Source: Isurus oxyrinchus
Lineage: Eukaryota
Direction of reading: 5' to 3'
Assembly: GCA_026770705.1 (NCBI GenBank)
Contig: JANJGN010000008.1
Location: forward strand, 155,434,001 to 155,498,000
Length of the DNA: 64,000 nucleotides
The notes under the pieces: model-generated
Seen by the model: the letters and a program-made list of their open reading frames with translations, nothing else
The model's database searches: none
Told to the model about the DNA's origin: nothing
In this document: positions 23,054-35,900 of the stretch, piece after piece
Layout of the letters: the number at the start of each line of letters is the position of its first letter
Position numbering within the stretch: the stretch's first letter is position 1
Program-made: the position numbers and the translations under genes

Positions 23054-26000
23054 GTATGCACTTTTCTTGGACTGATATTTTGTAAGTGGCGTTTGAGTTG
23101 CCTTCTCACAGGGTATTTGCAGAAAGCAGGTTTTGTGGAATAGGGAAGTATTTTATTCCCTCCTTTTCTGTTTCTTTGTCTTTCCCTCACCCATCTTCCT
23201 CTCTTCTCCCTCCTCCATTCTGTGCCTCTGTTTCCCTCTTTTCTGTAATTAAACCCTTGAAACCTTGCATTGATCAAGCTTCCCCATAACTGTACTAATA
23301 GTCTTCAGCTTTCACAGTTCTCTGGGTAATAGAGCAACAATCTACACAGGAAATTACCAGCCCTGCTTTTATATGCAGTGATTTAGAACACGAGTCTTTC
23401 GGGTAACTTGCTCACTGAACTTTAACTTTTTCTTGGGTATGGAGGAACACTGTATCGGGGATGACCTATGGCCAGTATCTCAGTCAATGCAACTAAAATA
23501 GGAACATGCAGTGCAGGAAATTACAGAGCCGAGCCCAATCATGCTTGCTCCATAGTGTGTCCCTGTTACAGAACTGCGACAGAAAGCAGCTCTGATAAGG
23601 TGATGGGGAGAATGACTCTCAGTGCTGTGGGATCTGCCTTATTTACGTTGCACAGCTGATTAACAGCACTCCTGCAGCAACAGGCCTCCCAGAAAAGATC
23701 TGTATGGGCCAGCAAGCAGAGCACTACATTGCTTGCCCGTCCTGTGTCCAAAAGAAGGCAGTGGTAGCATGTTCCATTGCAACAACTGGCAGATGGAAAA
23801 TTTTTTGGGATGGGATTTGATGTCTCCAAGGATTGTGGTAGTTCTCTTACTTTGTTGTACCACCAAAGTAGCGCTTGCTGCAGCACTTTGAAGCTAATGC
23901 CTACAAGCTAATCAGTTTTGGCTAAATCATCTGGCGAGCAGGAAGAAGTTGACATTAAAAATAATAAAGCCTTCAGATACTATGCACCTTTTGACTGCTT
24001 GAACAGTATGTGTATGTGATTTCTGGAGCAGTCGATGGGGTAAGAATAACAATTTTGCAACATTAGAAGGGATGGAGGCAAAAGTCCAAATACTGCAAGG
24101 GCAGGGGATTGGTGGAGGATTTTGTGACCACTGTGCAGTTTGTTTCCTAAGTTGCTTACTATAGCTCACTGTATAATAGGGAAGATCAGATGTTGTTAGA
24201 TGTGATTTTTATTTGTGTTAAAATCCAGCTTATTGAAAGCGTCATTGAACCTTGCGTCACAGGGAGAGTCCATAAAGCCTGTGCCAGCCCTGCAAAAGAG
24301 CTAGAGATTTGGTCTAATTTTCCAGCCGTTTTCCCCATACCCTTTATTTTTTTTTCCTTTTCAAAAGTTTTGAATTTTGATTCAACCTATTTTTGGAGCA
24401 TTCAGTTCCTAAAACTTTATATAAAAAGCAAATTAATTCTCCTTATCTCTTCCTTTAGGCTTTTGCTGGTGATCTTAAATTTATGCCCTTTACTTACCTA
24501 CTTCCAAACTAGTGGAAATTTTTTTCCAGATTTATCTTGTCAAAACTCTTCTTAACTTTGCCCCATGAGAACTCTTAACCTTTCTGTTCTAGTGAAAGAG
24601 TTCCAATTCGTTGCAGCAGTTGAAAGACTGCTTTGTTGCAGGGATGCGCATTAGTCACTTTTCACTAATAATTTTGGTGGTTGGAGGTTTATGTTTTAGC
24701 AGTCTTGCTTTGTGTGGCTGTTCAAATCAGACCTGCGTAACTAGGTTCAGTGGGTATAATATAGAAATCCCTAGTGTTGTTGGTTCTAGACATTTCGCTC
24801 AGTGACCAGCTAATCAAGCAGTAAGCAATTACGATCAGACAGACTTAAAATGACTTCTAAGTAGCCTTTCAATATTGAGGTGCATATATTTAAGTGTAAC
24901 GTGTCATTCTTTGGAAAATTTCATAACTCTCTTAAAGTAGCCCCATTAATTATAAATTGATTTTGTTGAGCACAAAGTATATGTCGACTTCTATGTTGAC
25001 ATGTCTTGCAAATCTCACCCGTGCCTGACTGCTGTGCTTGCTTTATTTAGGAAGCAGTGGTAATTGTATTTTTGAACTATTAGGAATATCTTGGAGTGAT
25101 CCTGACTTACGAATCTAATTTTCTAAAGGCAAGCAAAGACCTGTTTTAAGTGACCCCATTCTCTGTACTGTAAACATGGTTACACCCATAGTACTCAATG
25201 CTTCGTTCATTCCAAATCAATAACTTGTTGAATATTAGAGTTCTGTTTTGAAATGAAAAAGCATGAAGGATCTTTTGTCGCCTATAGCAGGTGGAACCTG
25301 TAGTTGGTCCTGACCTTCCTTTGAAAGGGTCTTGTCCTATGACTGCGGCCAAGTCTCTCTCAGATTTTTTTCCTTGTCCTTCTGCAGCCTTTTATGTTTA
25401 AATGCTCCCTTCCCCCGCCTCTTTAATGCCATTTGTAACCTGTGTGAAGGACAGAAGCCCTTCAGGGTCAAAGCAGCACTGCAAGCTCTTTAAAAGGCAG
25501 GGAAAGGGATTCCTGAGCTATTGATGTAGAGGGTTTTTTTGTGGTTGCTGCTGGGGTCCACGCCTGCTGGTGACTTGTGCCATCTCCTGGCTGCTGATAT
25601 TGTCTGTTGCTGATTTAAGATGGCCTTGCAGTGCCCTGAGGCCAAATGCTAGCCACCTTCCTGAAGAGCCCTGTTGTGAACATGCGCAGGATAAAAGGAA
25701 CTTGAAGACTAAAAGCTGGAATTGGAGTCATTTCAAATTAACTTCTACATCAAGAGCTCAACAGTCTTCCATTACACGTTTTAACAATTTTTGTGTGGCA
25801 TGAGGATCTTCACTGAGATGAGCAGTGGACCCAATAAGTTTGCACCAATGTGACCACCTAATTTTCTTGACCTGTGGGGTTCCTATGTTTTTAATGTGTA
25901 CATGTGTGGTGTGAGTATGTAGACGTATAAGGTACCTATCTTGTTAGACTAAAAACTAACCCTTTCAACAATTTGAAACATACTGCAGACTGTATTGTTT

Positions 26001-26289
26001 TTAAGAATATATAATCTACCTTTATGTAAGATTCTACACAGCAATCTGCTGTCCATTTGAAATGACCCACATTCATTTCTAGCTTTGTTAAATGATTTAT
26101 CTTGTACGCATTCGAGGAGCTCGTAATTGAATTTTTGAAACTTAAATCTCAATTAATTACGAAACAATTTGTGTTGTAAAAGAACAGCTATTTTTTTAAA
26201 CAGAACAACTGAGCTTCCCACCAGTGACTGCTGTGACACTGGGCTGCACCAAATGAGGAATGTCCTCTTTGTTTGAACCCTTGAGTAAC

Positions 26290-26570
26290 ATTAGAGTTGC
26301 AATAATTTGACTCTTTCCCAGTTACGAAAGGGAAAAAATTGGCCAAATTTCCTGCTCCTGAGCATCTTTTTACATCCCCCTAACTGTCCACATGCCACAC
26401 AAAAATTGTTAAAACGTGTGAGGAAGTAGGTTAAGAATAGGATTGGATTTGATTGAGACAGATCCCAAGATCAACTTAGCCATCGATGCTCACTGTTTGG
26501 GCAGTGACATGGTAGATGCAACTTTTTGAAATTGATCTGCAACGCAAGTTAAGGAGAGGGCAAGGGAACA
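26290..26570 (+). mobile_element. LF-SINE-like element
   Basis: gggaaaaaattggccaaatttcctgctcctga...aggattggattt...gatgctcactgtttgggc. Confidence 0.55.
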
Positions 26571-26660
26571 AAATCTGAGGTCTGTCCCTATCATTAGAAT
26601 GTAACAGCGCAGAAGGAGGCCATTGGCCCTGTTACCCAAGGATCAAACAGAAGACTTCTA

Positions 26661-26693
26661 CCCCCCCCGCCCCCCCCCCCCCCCCCCCCCCCC
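26661..26693. repeat. Poly-C tract (similar tracts near 9980, 10480, 41720, 58886, 60715; poly-G near 56700, 56766, 61390)
   Basis: Direct reading. Confidence 0.9.
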
Positions 26694-27864
26694 AAATCGA
26701 TACAGCCCAATGTTTCAGCAGTCACTGGTGGAGAGGAAGTCCAGTTGTTGTTTTTTCACTTTTTAAAAAACTTTAAAAAGCAACAGCTTTTCTTTAGTAA
26801 GTGAGATTTAAATTTCAAAAATGCCAATGTAGAGCTCCTTTATTTAATATGTACAAAATAAGTCATTTAGCAAAGCAAGAAACGAAAGTGGATCGTTCAA
26901 ATGGACAGCAGATTGCGATGTAGAACCTTACATAAAACACGATTACGTATTTTAATAAACAAACAATCTGCAGTGTATTTCAAATTCTTGCATGAAAGGG
27001 TTAGTATTTGAACTAACTGGATAGTTAGTTGTGCCTGTGGTAGCTGTTTAAAAGAGCTATTCCCCCTCTCCCCTGCCAGTTATCCTATTTAGACCCCAGT
27101 CTTTTCCCTTTAATCCTGCAAATTAGTCATCCTACTACTGTTAATATAACCCAATCTGTGCAATTTCAACAAATTGTTTTTCTTTGCATTCAAAATTTTT
27201 AAACATTGTCTCTTTAAGGTGCACTTTTTAGATTGTGTGAATTCTATCTCCCAACTGCTGCAGAATGTTCTGGGGAGAGCTGTTTAAGCACTGCCACCCG
27301 TTCTTCTCTCATTTTTATTGAAAGGTCCTGATTTCACTGTGTTAGGGAGTCATAAAATGCAACTGGCATGTCTTTTGTATTAGAAGTTCTTTGGAGCCCC
27401 AAGCTTTCCTCCAAACTGGCAGTGTTTCTCAGTTGCTGCATGATTATTTTCCTCTGAAGCTTTAATTAAAGGCTCATAAAAGGCACTCTTCAAATATCCA
27501 CGCTGGTGTAGGTTGTAGCACCAATGTAGAAAAATGCAGCATCAATCCCTTGCTCCTCTAATTCATGATCTTCACCCCAATGTGCAGGAATTGAACTATT
27601 TTGGGGAAATGAGTTGTTGTTGGGTTATGTGCACATAGCATTCCACTGGATTTGTCTCTTATCATCCCATTCACAAATCCCAGCCAGTTTTCTGTCTCCT
27701 ACACTGCCTGATGAGGAGCAAAACAATGAAAGTCTGACAGTCCTATGTCAATTTGTGTTGTTAGCCTGGATAGCTGTTGGGACACTACAGTTGATGTTTC
27801 GCTGTGTCTCTATCTCTCCTCTATCCTCTTCCTTCTTCCATCCATCCCCCACTCCCCCAGTGTG

Positions 27865-28070
27865 AATCAAGCCAGCGAAGGATCTAGGGTTCCTGTTCCT
27901 GATTGTTATCCTATACCCCTCTTGTAAAAGCCAGAGTTGAACTTAGCTGTGCTGTCTGTAGAATAGCCTTTCTGCTTGGATGAAGAATGATCACTTTCAG
28001 TACTGCAGTGCTATGGAATTGTGCCCCAGCCTGGAGTAATACCTTCAGGAGTGAAGGGATGGAATTGTGT
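27865..28070 (+). mobile_element. LF-SINE-like element
   Basis: agggttcctgttcctgattgttatcc...gaatagcct...atgaagaatgatcactt...ccccagcctggagtaataccttcaggag. Confidence 0.65.
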
Positions 28071-30259
28071 CAGCAAAACGCCTGCTTACTAGATCCTAGA
28101 TCAAGAAGGTTCTTGCACTGATGCCAAATTTTTAATTTATTAATGAACTTGGTCATTATAGCCCTAGTTGGTTTACGGGAACTGTTTTCAAATTCCAAAA
28201 TGTTCCAGAGCTTTTTAAATGTGAAATTTAAAATCTTGTTCGTCCCTGGCATAAGCAAACACTGAAATCTATTGCACAGGAAACTGCCCGAGGCAGTTTA
28301 AATGAGAGGTTTGGAACAATAGTGTTGCTATAATCCTGAGCCGTTAATAATAGTATCCATGGGATTAGTTTCATTTTACTGAATTAATTGTTGTATACCC
28401 CTACTGACATTTCTTTAGTTTGTTTTTTTTTAAAAAGCTACCATGCAACATCTAATTCTGATTCATTTTCTCTTGTGCACAGAAATTTGTTCTGCCTAGC
28501 TTTATCTTTGTATAGTTTTGTCCCTCATACTTGTGCAGTAGCTCATTTGTAAGTGCTAATCTGTTAACTGCCTTTATTTTGTGATTAATTGTGTATTCAC
28601 AACCCCTGTTAGTCACTTACTCTGCACTAAGTGTAATCCACAGGCATTTCTCCCCCTCAAATCTGCCGTTCTGTACTGCATTTTGAAACTGTTTCATGGC
28701 CTAGTTTTAAAGACCTGTAGAGGATAGTTTGTGGGTCTCTGCTCCAGTCATTTTCTACAGCCTGTTTGCAAGTTTGAAACTCTGCATGAGCTGGTCAGGA
28801 ACAACTCGTTGTTTGACATGGCCTCAAAATAACACGCACACATGCACTCACACACTCTGTGAAGGTTGCTGTCTGGAATAGGATGAACTGGTTACTTGTC
28901 ACCTTACATGTTATAATTATAGGTTCAACATATGCTGAATCGGGGTTCCCTGGAACTAGTGACAAAACACATCCAAGTGTCTCATCAAACATTGCTCCAG
29001 CCGATTGAGAACACCAATCTACTCAACATTTTGTGAAACTTTTGAGATACTCTGGGTAGTTTATCTTAAAAATGTCATAGATCTGCCATCTCATCTATTC
29101 ACAGTATAGGAAGACTTGTGATAAGTGCAGGTTATTCCACTTGGAGTTAAGAAGCCACTGCTGTGTGATGCACAGGTTAAAAACTCACCTATGTGAAAGG
29201 GATTGTTTAGTGAATGGTGAAACCAGGGCAAATGGCATTGTATTTAATTGCTGCTGTACCCCCCCATTTCGAATTACTGTTTAAGGATAGTATGTTCATT
29301 TACAATAGGGCCATTGTTGAATTGTGGCTGTTAGCACAGGCAGTTGGCTATTATGCACTTCATAAATGTAATCCCCATGAACCATCGGTGGGTTGTGACC
29401 TCATTACCAGCAGAGTGCTTCATCTGTTGTAACACTGTCAGATTGCTGAATGGAAACATCTGGTATAAAATTATCTCCGTGTTTTATTATCCTGAAAGGC
29501 TTGTTACTTACCCATCTCTACCAAGGAGCTCAGATGTGCACCAAATAGGTATGCCACTGATTGATTGTTTCATTTTTTAAAATATCTAGTATTTTGTGTG
29601 GTTTACTATTAACATCTTGTAATTCAGTGGCAGGTATATGAAGTCAATAGTTAGGCTTTAAATATGCAATCATGCTGCTGATGAGCAATCTGTTTATTTG
29701 GATAAACAGGATTTTGTCAGATTTGACCCAGGGTAAGCTTTTAAATGACTTGTATACGGCATTTTACGAAGAGTAAGGAATGATTCTGTACTGCTGATTG
29801 ATTGTCAACCATGCAAGCATAGAATATAGGGCCAAAACTGGATGGAATATCCAAATCCATAATAAATAAATTTATCAGTTGTAGATTTACAGAAACTAAG
29901 ATGAGTCACTGGTAAAAGATCAGTACAGGAAGGTCTGAAGAGCAATGGGTGAAACGAATGATCAGAAGACAACAGGCATAAGCTGTAAAGAATAAACTGA
30001 GTACAAAACTCGAGCAACTGTAACATCTAAATTAGCAACAAGTATCATATGAAGAAAAAATAGCAGGAATGGGAGTTCAAAAAGCAGGAAGTAACTAGAT
30101 GAAGACTGTCAGAGGATTTTAATTTGTGAAAATGAACTCAGTGAAATAACTGCTAGGTACTTTCTATTGATCTATGTCTTTGGAACCATTTCATATACAA
30201 CCTATGAGGGGTTGACCTTATGCTTTATCTCTGTTGGTGCATATCAGTTTTAATAGATT

Positions 30260-30260
30260 T

Positions 30261-30300
<40 letters not shown>
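30260..30300. repeat. (TA)n(TG)n compound microsatellite
   Basis: Direct reading. Confidence 0.95.
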
Positions 30301-30869
30301 GCAAGTTTTTTTAATTTGGAATGGTTAGTAGCATTTTGAATAACTGTGTAGACTAATATTTATCACTAACACTAGTTCAGCAAATGATAGTTAACTTTGC
30401 ATTGAAGTTTCTGAATAAAGGTGAAATAGTATTGCAGGCAATAATGATGTCTGGAAGTGTGTTCCACCTGCCGAAACCGTGGATGGAGCTCTGCAGCTGA
30501 TTGTAGACTTTTTGAATTGATGCAGGAGGTTATGGTATAGCAGTAGTTAAGGAGGACTCACTTCAGCACCTGCTGTGCTCACACTCATAACCTTAGAGGA
30601 TGAACTGCCCAGTCACATCACTTTAATGGGGAGACCCTGCTGTGAGGTAAATCATCCTTGTATCACCTTGCTTGTGTTTAGTTGAGCAATGATGGCTTTT
30701 CTTTGTATCCTGTTGAGCAGAGATGCTATGTTCTATTACTGAGCCAATGAAGGGTATTGTGGAACAGTTGAACTGCTGATGGTGACAAGTGGAAACTGAC
30801 TTTCTTGAAGTATCAAAGGCAAGAATAGTTTCAACTGAGACAGCCATCAGCTTGACTCAATTTTGAACA

Positions 30870-31190
30870 CACTCCCTTTGAGACTCAGTGTTTTTGAGGC
30901 ATAATTTCTGCTGCCACATTGTTAGAATGCTGTCTTCTGGATGAGGCATTGAAACCAAGACCCTGTTGAGGTGACTGTCGAAAACGGTATTGGAAGAACA
31001 ATAGAGAGTCCTGATTTCCTGCCCAACGTTCCTCCTTCAAGCTATACCACCCGAAGAAAGCCCAAATTAACTGGTCATTCATCTTTACTTGCTGTTTGTG
31101 GGATATTGTCAACTTGGCAGTAACTGTATTTCAGACTGTGAAGGGCTTTGGGACATTGAAGGTATAAGGCACTGTATAAGTGGAATTTTG
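30870..31190 (+). mobile_element. DeuSINE, decayed
   Basis: gatgaggcattgaaaccaagaccctg...ctggtcattcatc...ttgctgtttgtgggat...ctttgggacattgaagg. Confidence 0.6.
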
Positions 31191-32899
31191 TGTTCCTGAA
31201 GTGAAATTTTTTCACCCCTCTCTGCTAATTGTTTGTCTCAATGCAGAGCAGCGGTGATTGCCAATCCAAGGAATTCAATATGTGTAATGGAGGTCAAGCA
31301 ACATCATAACTGAGGCTGTACTTTTGAAACAGATGTAGTGATTTTCGATCTGGTTCTTTGTTTTTTTTTCACCCTCCAATTCTATAATCTTTGAGCAAAT
31401 AAGGACACTATTTCTGATGCATATGAGGGTGAGCGAATGCCAGTGGTGTTTGAGGGTGGGTTGACAATGTGTTTGAATGCTTTTGGTATACTAATTTTGA
31501 TCCAGTTAGAATTTTTGCATTCTGCTCCTGTTCGCAGCTAATCAATGTGAATATCTCAGCCTTCTGAGTACTGCAAACAGAAAGCACTTGACTTGCGAAA
31601 TCCCAGCCACAAGATCTGTTACCGAACACCCTGGTGGAGTTTTATAACCTGATTTTTACCATTCATGGTGCTAGTTTAGGGTAGTATAATTCATATTAAT
31701 GAGCGTTGTTTATGGATCCATAGGATTAATGCACCCCCAGATATCTGCTTCAAGTCCATGTTGGAAATGATACGCCCCTTAAACAACAGGAAGGATGGAA
31801 AACCCGCAGCTTCAAGCAGAATGCATGTGGTACATGTGCAGTTCCAAATTCTCCTTGTTCCCCTGCTCTATTCCTTCCTTCCTTAAATTGGAGTCTGCCT
31901 GGAACACGAGTAAAACTGCTGAATGTGATTTCAACCTACATCCCTTCTCTTTTCCTACCCCAAGGAGAATGGGCCACTAACTTGTTCATCCTTACCAACA
32001 AACACAAGCATCTCTGACGACCCCATCTTTCTGAGTTAGCAACCCTCCAGAGGAAATTAGCCCTGGTGCCTGCCAGTGGAGCACCAACAAAAATATCAGC
32101 AGCAATAGCCCTTCAAAGCTTGTTTGCAATCTTTGTGATTTCCATTTGACATTGTTAACATAACTAATTTTTTTTTTGCCCTAAAGCGTGCCATGACAGA
32201 ATTATAGCCTGAGGTTTGACTCATCATACTCAGTTATTGACCTGGTCTCAGCACCTGCACTGTTTTTTTTATATCTCCTATCCATTTTATTTTCTTGATC
32301 TTCAGTGCCTTGACCACCAATTATGTTTAAGGGAGCAGGCTGGGCTGTTAAAACCAGTCTGCTGATGCTAACATTAAAAAAATGCATTATTTTTCACAAT
32401 TTTACCACCAAATATTTGGAAATGATGAAATTGGAATCACTGTAGCTCCTTGTGAAATCCCTGGATAGACATTTACGAAGATCATTATTTATAGTGATCT
32501 GGAATTCGATAGTTCATAGTTCATCGCCTACACAATATGACATTAGCTACTTAAATGGGATGGCATTCCATAAATTGAAAGCCCATAACAATTTTCCCAT
32601 CTTCGGTTCCTGTCACAAACTTGGCACTAATACCAATCACTCCCCTCAGGTTAAATCTGATTTTGCAACCCAACTGTCCCATCCAACCTTGAGGGAAGCT
32701 TCCTCTCCATTGCAAAGATCACCCACCCCATATTTATAGCATTGCCTGCTTCTGCCTCAACCCATCATCTAAAACTCTTAAGTACCACCAGGCTTGGCCT
32801 TTCAGTGATCTCCTGTCTGGCTGCCCATCCCCCATGCTTTGTAAACTCCTCTAAACTTTACTACCTGTATGCTACCTTCACCTAGAGCTCCTGTACAAG

Positions 32900-35540
32900 C
32901 TGATGTATCCACCAGAGGTGGCGGCACAGTGGTATACAGTCAGGAGAGAGTTGTCCTGGGACAACATTGGCTCTGTGCCCCATGAAGTCTCATGGCATTA
33001 ATTCAAAGATGGGTATGGAAACCTTCTGCTGATTACCACCAGCAACCCCCACCCCACTCCCACCCCAATCAGCTGATGAATTAGTGCTACTCTATGTGGA
33101 AACTCTTCCATGTGGAAGAATTGGAAGAAGCACTAAGGATGGCAAGGACACATAATGTACTCTGGGTGGGGGATCTCAACATCCATCAAGCGTGACTCGG
33201 TAGCACCACTACTGATTGAGCTGGCCAAGTCTTAAAGGACATAGCTGCTAGACAGGATCTGTGGCAGGTGGCAAGAGAACCAACAAGAGGGCAATATTTA
33301 TTTGACCTTGTCCTCATCAATTTACCTGTCGCAGATGTATCTGTCCATGACAGTATCTGTAGGAGTGACCGCTGCACAGCACTTGTGGAGATGAAGTCCC
33401 ATTTTCATATTGAGGGTACCCTCCATAGTATTGTGTGCCACTACCATTGTGCCAAATGGGATAAATTTCGAACAGATCCAGCAACTCAAAACTGGACAAC
33501 CTGAGGTGCTGTGGGACATCAGCAAAATTGGATTCGACCACAATCTAATCTCATGACCTGGCATATCCCCCACTCTACCATAACCATCAAACCAGGGGTC
33601 AACCCTGGTTCAGTGAAGATTGCAAGATGGCATACCAGGAGCAGCACCCGACATACCTAAAAAAATGAGGTGTCAACCTGGTGAAGCTGCAACTCAGGAT
33701 TACTTGCGTGCCAAATATCATAAGCAGCAAGTGATAGTGAAGTGATCCCACAACCCACAGATCAGATCTAAATTCTACAGTCCTGCCACATCCAGTCGTG
33801 AATGATGGTGGATAATTAAATGACTAACCGTAGGAGGAGGCTCCACAGATATCCCCATCCCCAGTGATGGGAGAGCCCAGCATATCAATGCAAAATGCGA
33901 GGCTGAAGCATTTGCAATCATCATCAACCGGAAGTACCGAGTGGATGAGCTACCATGGCCTCCTTCTGAGGTCCCGAGCATCCCAGAATGCCAATTCGCT
34001 ACACACCATGTGATATCAAGAAACGGCTGAAGGCAGGGGATACTGCAAAGACTACTGGCCCTGACAGAATTCCAGCAATAGTACTGAAGACTTGTGCTCT
34101 AGAACTAGCTGTGCCCTTAACCAAGCTGTTCCAGTATAGCTGCTGCACTGAATTCTACCTGACAAGGTGTAAAATTGCCCACATGTGTCCTTGTTCACAA
34201 AAAGCAGGACAAATCCAACCTGGCCAATTACCATCCCATCATTCATCAGCCAAGTGGTGGAAGGGGTTTTCAGCAGTGCTATCAAGCAGCATTTACTCAG
34301 CAATAACTTGCTCACTGATGTTCCATTTGAATTCTGCCAAGGCCACTCAGCTGCTGACTTCATCACAGCCTTGGTCCAAACAGGCAGAAAAGAGCAGAAC
34401 TTGAGGGAATGTGACAGTGACTCCCCTTGACATCAAGGTAGCATTTGACCGAGTGTGGCATCAAGGAGCCCTAGCAAACCCAATAGGAGTTGGGGGGAAA
34501 TCTTTCTGCTGGTTGGAGTTGCACCACACACAAAGGAGGATGGTTGTTGTTGTTGGTCAGTCATCTCAGTCCCAGGGCATCACTGCAGGAGTTCCTCAGG
34601 GTAGTGCCCTCGGCCCAACCATCTTCAGCTGCTTCATCAATAACCTTCCTTCCATCATAAGGTCAGAAGTGGGGATTTTTGCTGATGGTTGCACAATGTT
34701 CACCATTCGCAACCTCTCAGACACTGAAGCAGACCTCCATATGCAGAAACACCTGGACAGCATTCAGGCTTGGGCTAATAAGTGGCAAGTTTCATTTGTG
34801 GCACATAAGTGCTAGGCAGTGACCAACCATCTCCCCATGACATTCAATGGTATTACCATCGCCAAATACCCCACTATCAACATCCTGGGCATTACCATTG
34901 ACCAGAAACTGAACTGCACCAGCCATGTAAATACTGTGGCTACAAAAGCAAGTCAGAGGCTAGGAATCCTGCAGTGAGTAACTCACTACCTGACTCCCCA
35001 AAGCCTGTCTACCATCTACAAGGCACAAGTCAGGAGTGTAATGAATCTTCTCCACTTGCCTGGATGAGCACAGCTCCAACGAAACTCAAAGTTCAGTGCC
35101 ATCCAAGACATAGCCTGCGTGATTTGTACCCCATCCACCACCTTAAACACTCAGTCCCACCACCACCAACGCCCAGTAGCAGCAGTGTATACCATCTACA
35201 AGATGCCCTGCAGCAACTCACCAAGGCTTCTTAGGCAGCAAATTCCAAACCCATGACCACTACCATCTAGAAGGACAAGGGCAGCAGACACATGGAAACA
35301 CCACCACCTACAAGTTCCCCTCCGAGCCACATGCCATCCTGACTTGGAACTTTATCACTGTTCCTTCACTGTCACTGGGTTAAAATCCTGGAACTCCCTA
35401 ATAACACTGGGTGTACCTGAACCACATGGGTTGCAACAGTTCAGGAAGGCAGCTCACCACCATCATCTCAAGGTGCTATTAGGGATGAGCAATAAATGCT
35501 GAACCAGCAAGCGGTGCCCACATCCCATGAAAGAATAAAT
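32900..35540 (+). mobile_element. CR1-clade non-LTR retrotransposon, ~2.6 kb 5'-truncated ORF2 pseudogene (APE endonuclease + RT) with 3' tail
   Basis: APE motifs VLWVGDLN and FDLVL; RT motifs GPDRIPAIVLK, LDIKVAFDRVWH, GVPQGSALGPTIFSCFINNLP and FADG (FADD). Many stops and frameshifts. Tail aaggcagctcaccac...aataaatgct...catcccatgaaagaataaa. Confidence 0.93.
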
Positions 35541-35547
35541 TTTTAAA

Positions 35548-35900
35548 AATACATTGGCCACCTCTCCCCCCAACTCCAATGTAAAATCCTTTTCCTCATG
35601 TTTAAGCCCCTTCATGATATTGTCCGTTCCAGCTCTGTTAATTTCCACCTAGCCTTCAAACACTCATGAATTCTCCTTTCCTCCAACTCCGGCCTCTTGT
35701 ACTCTTCCCCCACCCCTCCACCCTATCATTGGTGGTTGATCCTTCAGCTGTCTAAACCCAATATTACAGATTTCTTTCCCCTAAACCCATCTGCATCTCC
35801 AGCTCCTCTCTTCCTTGAGACCATCCTTGAAACTCACCTCTTTAACCAAGCATTTGGTCACTGCTTTTATATATTCTCCTTCGGCTTGACGGCCATATTT
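35548..35900 (+). mobile_element. L2 3' fragment; continuation of the 32810-32890 piece split by the CR1
   Basis: Similar to 9260-9600 (taaaatccttttcctcatgtttaagccccttcatga...cctctttaaccaagcatttggtca). Confidence 0.7.

Noticed and set aside
32900-35540. Active or domesticated reverse transcriptase gene
   Set aside because: Multiple stops and frameshifts, and the catalytic FADD reads FADG.
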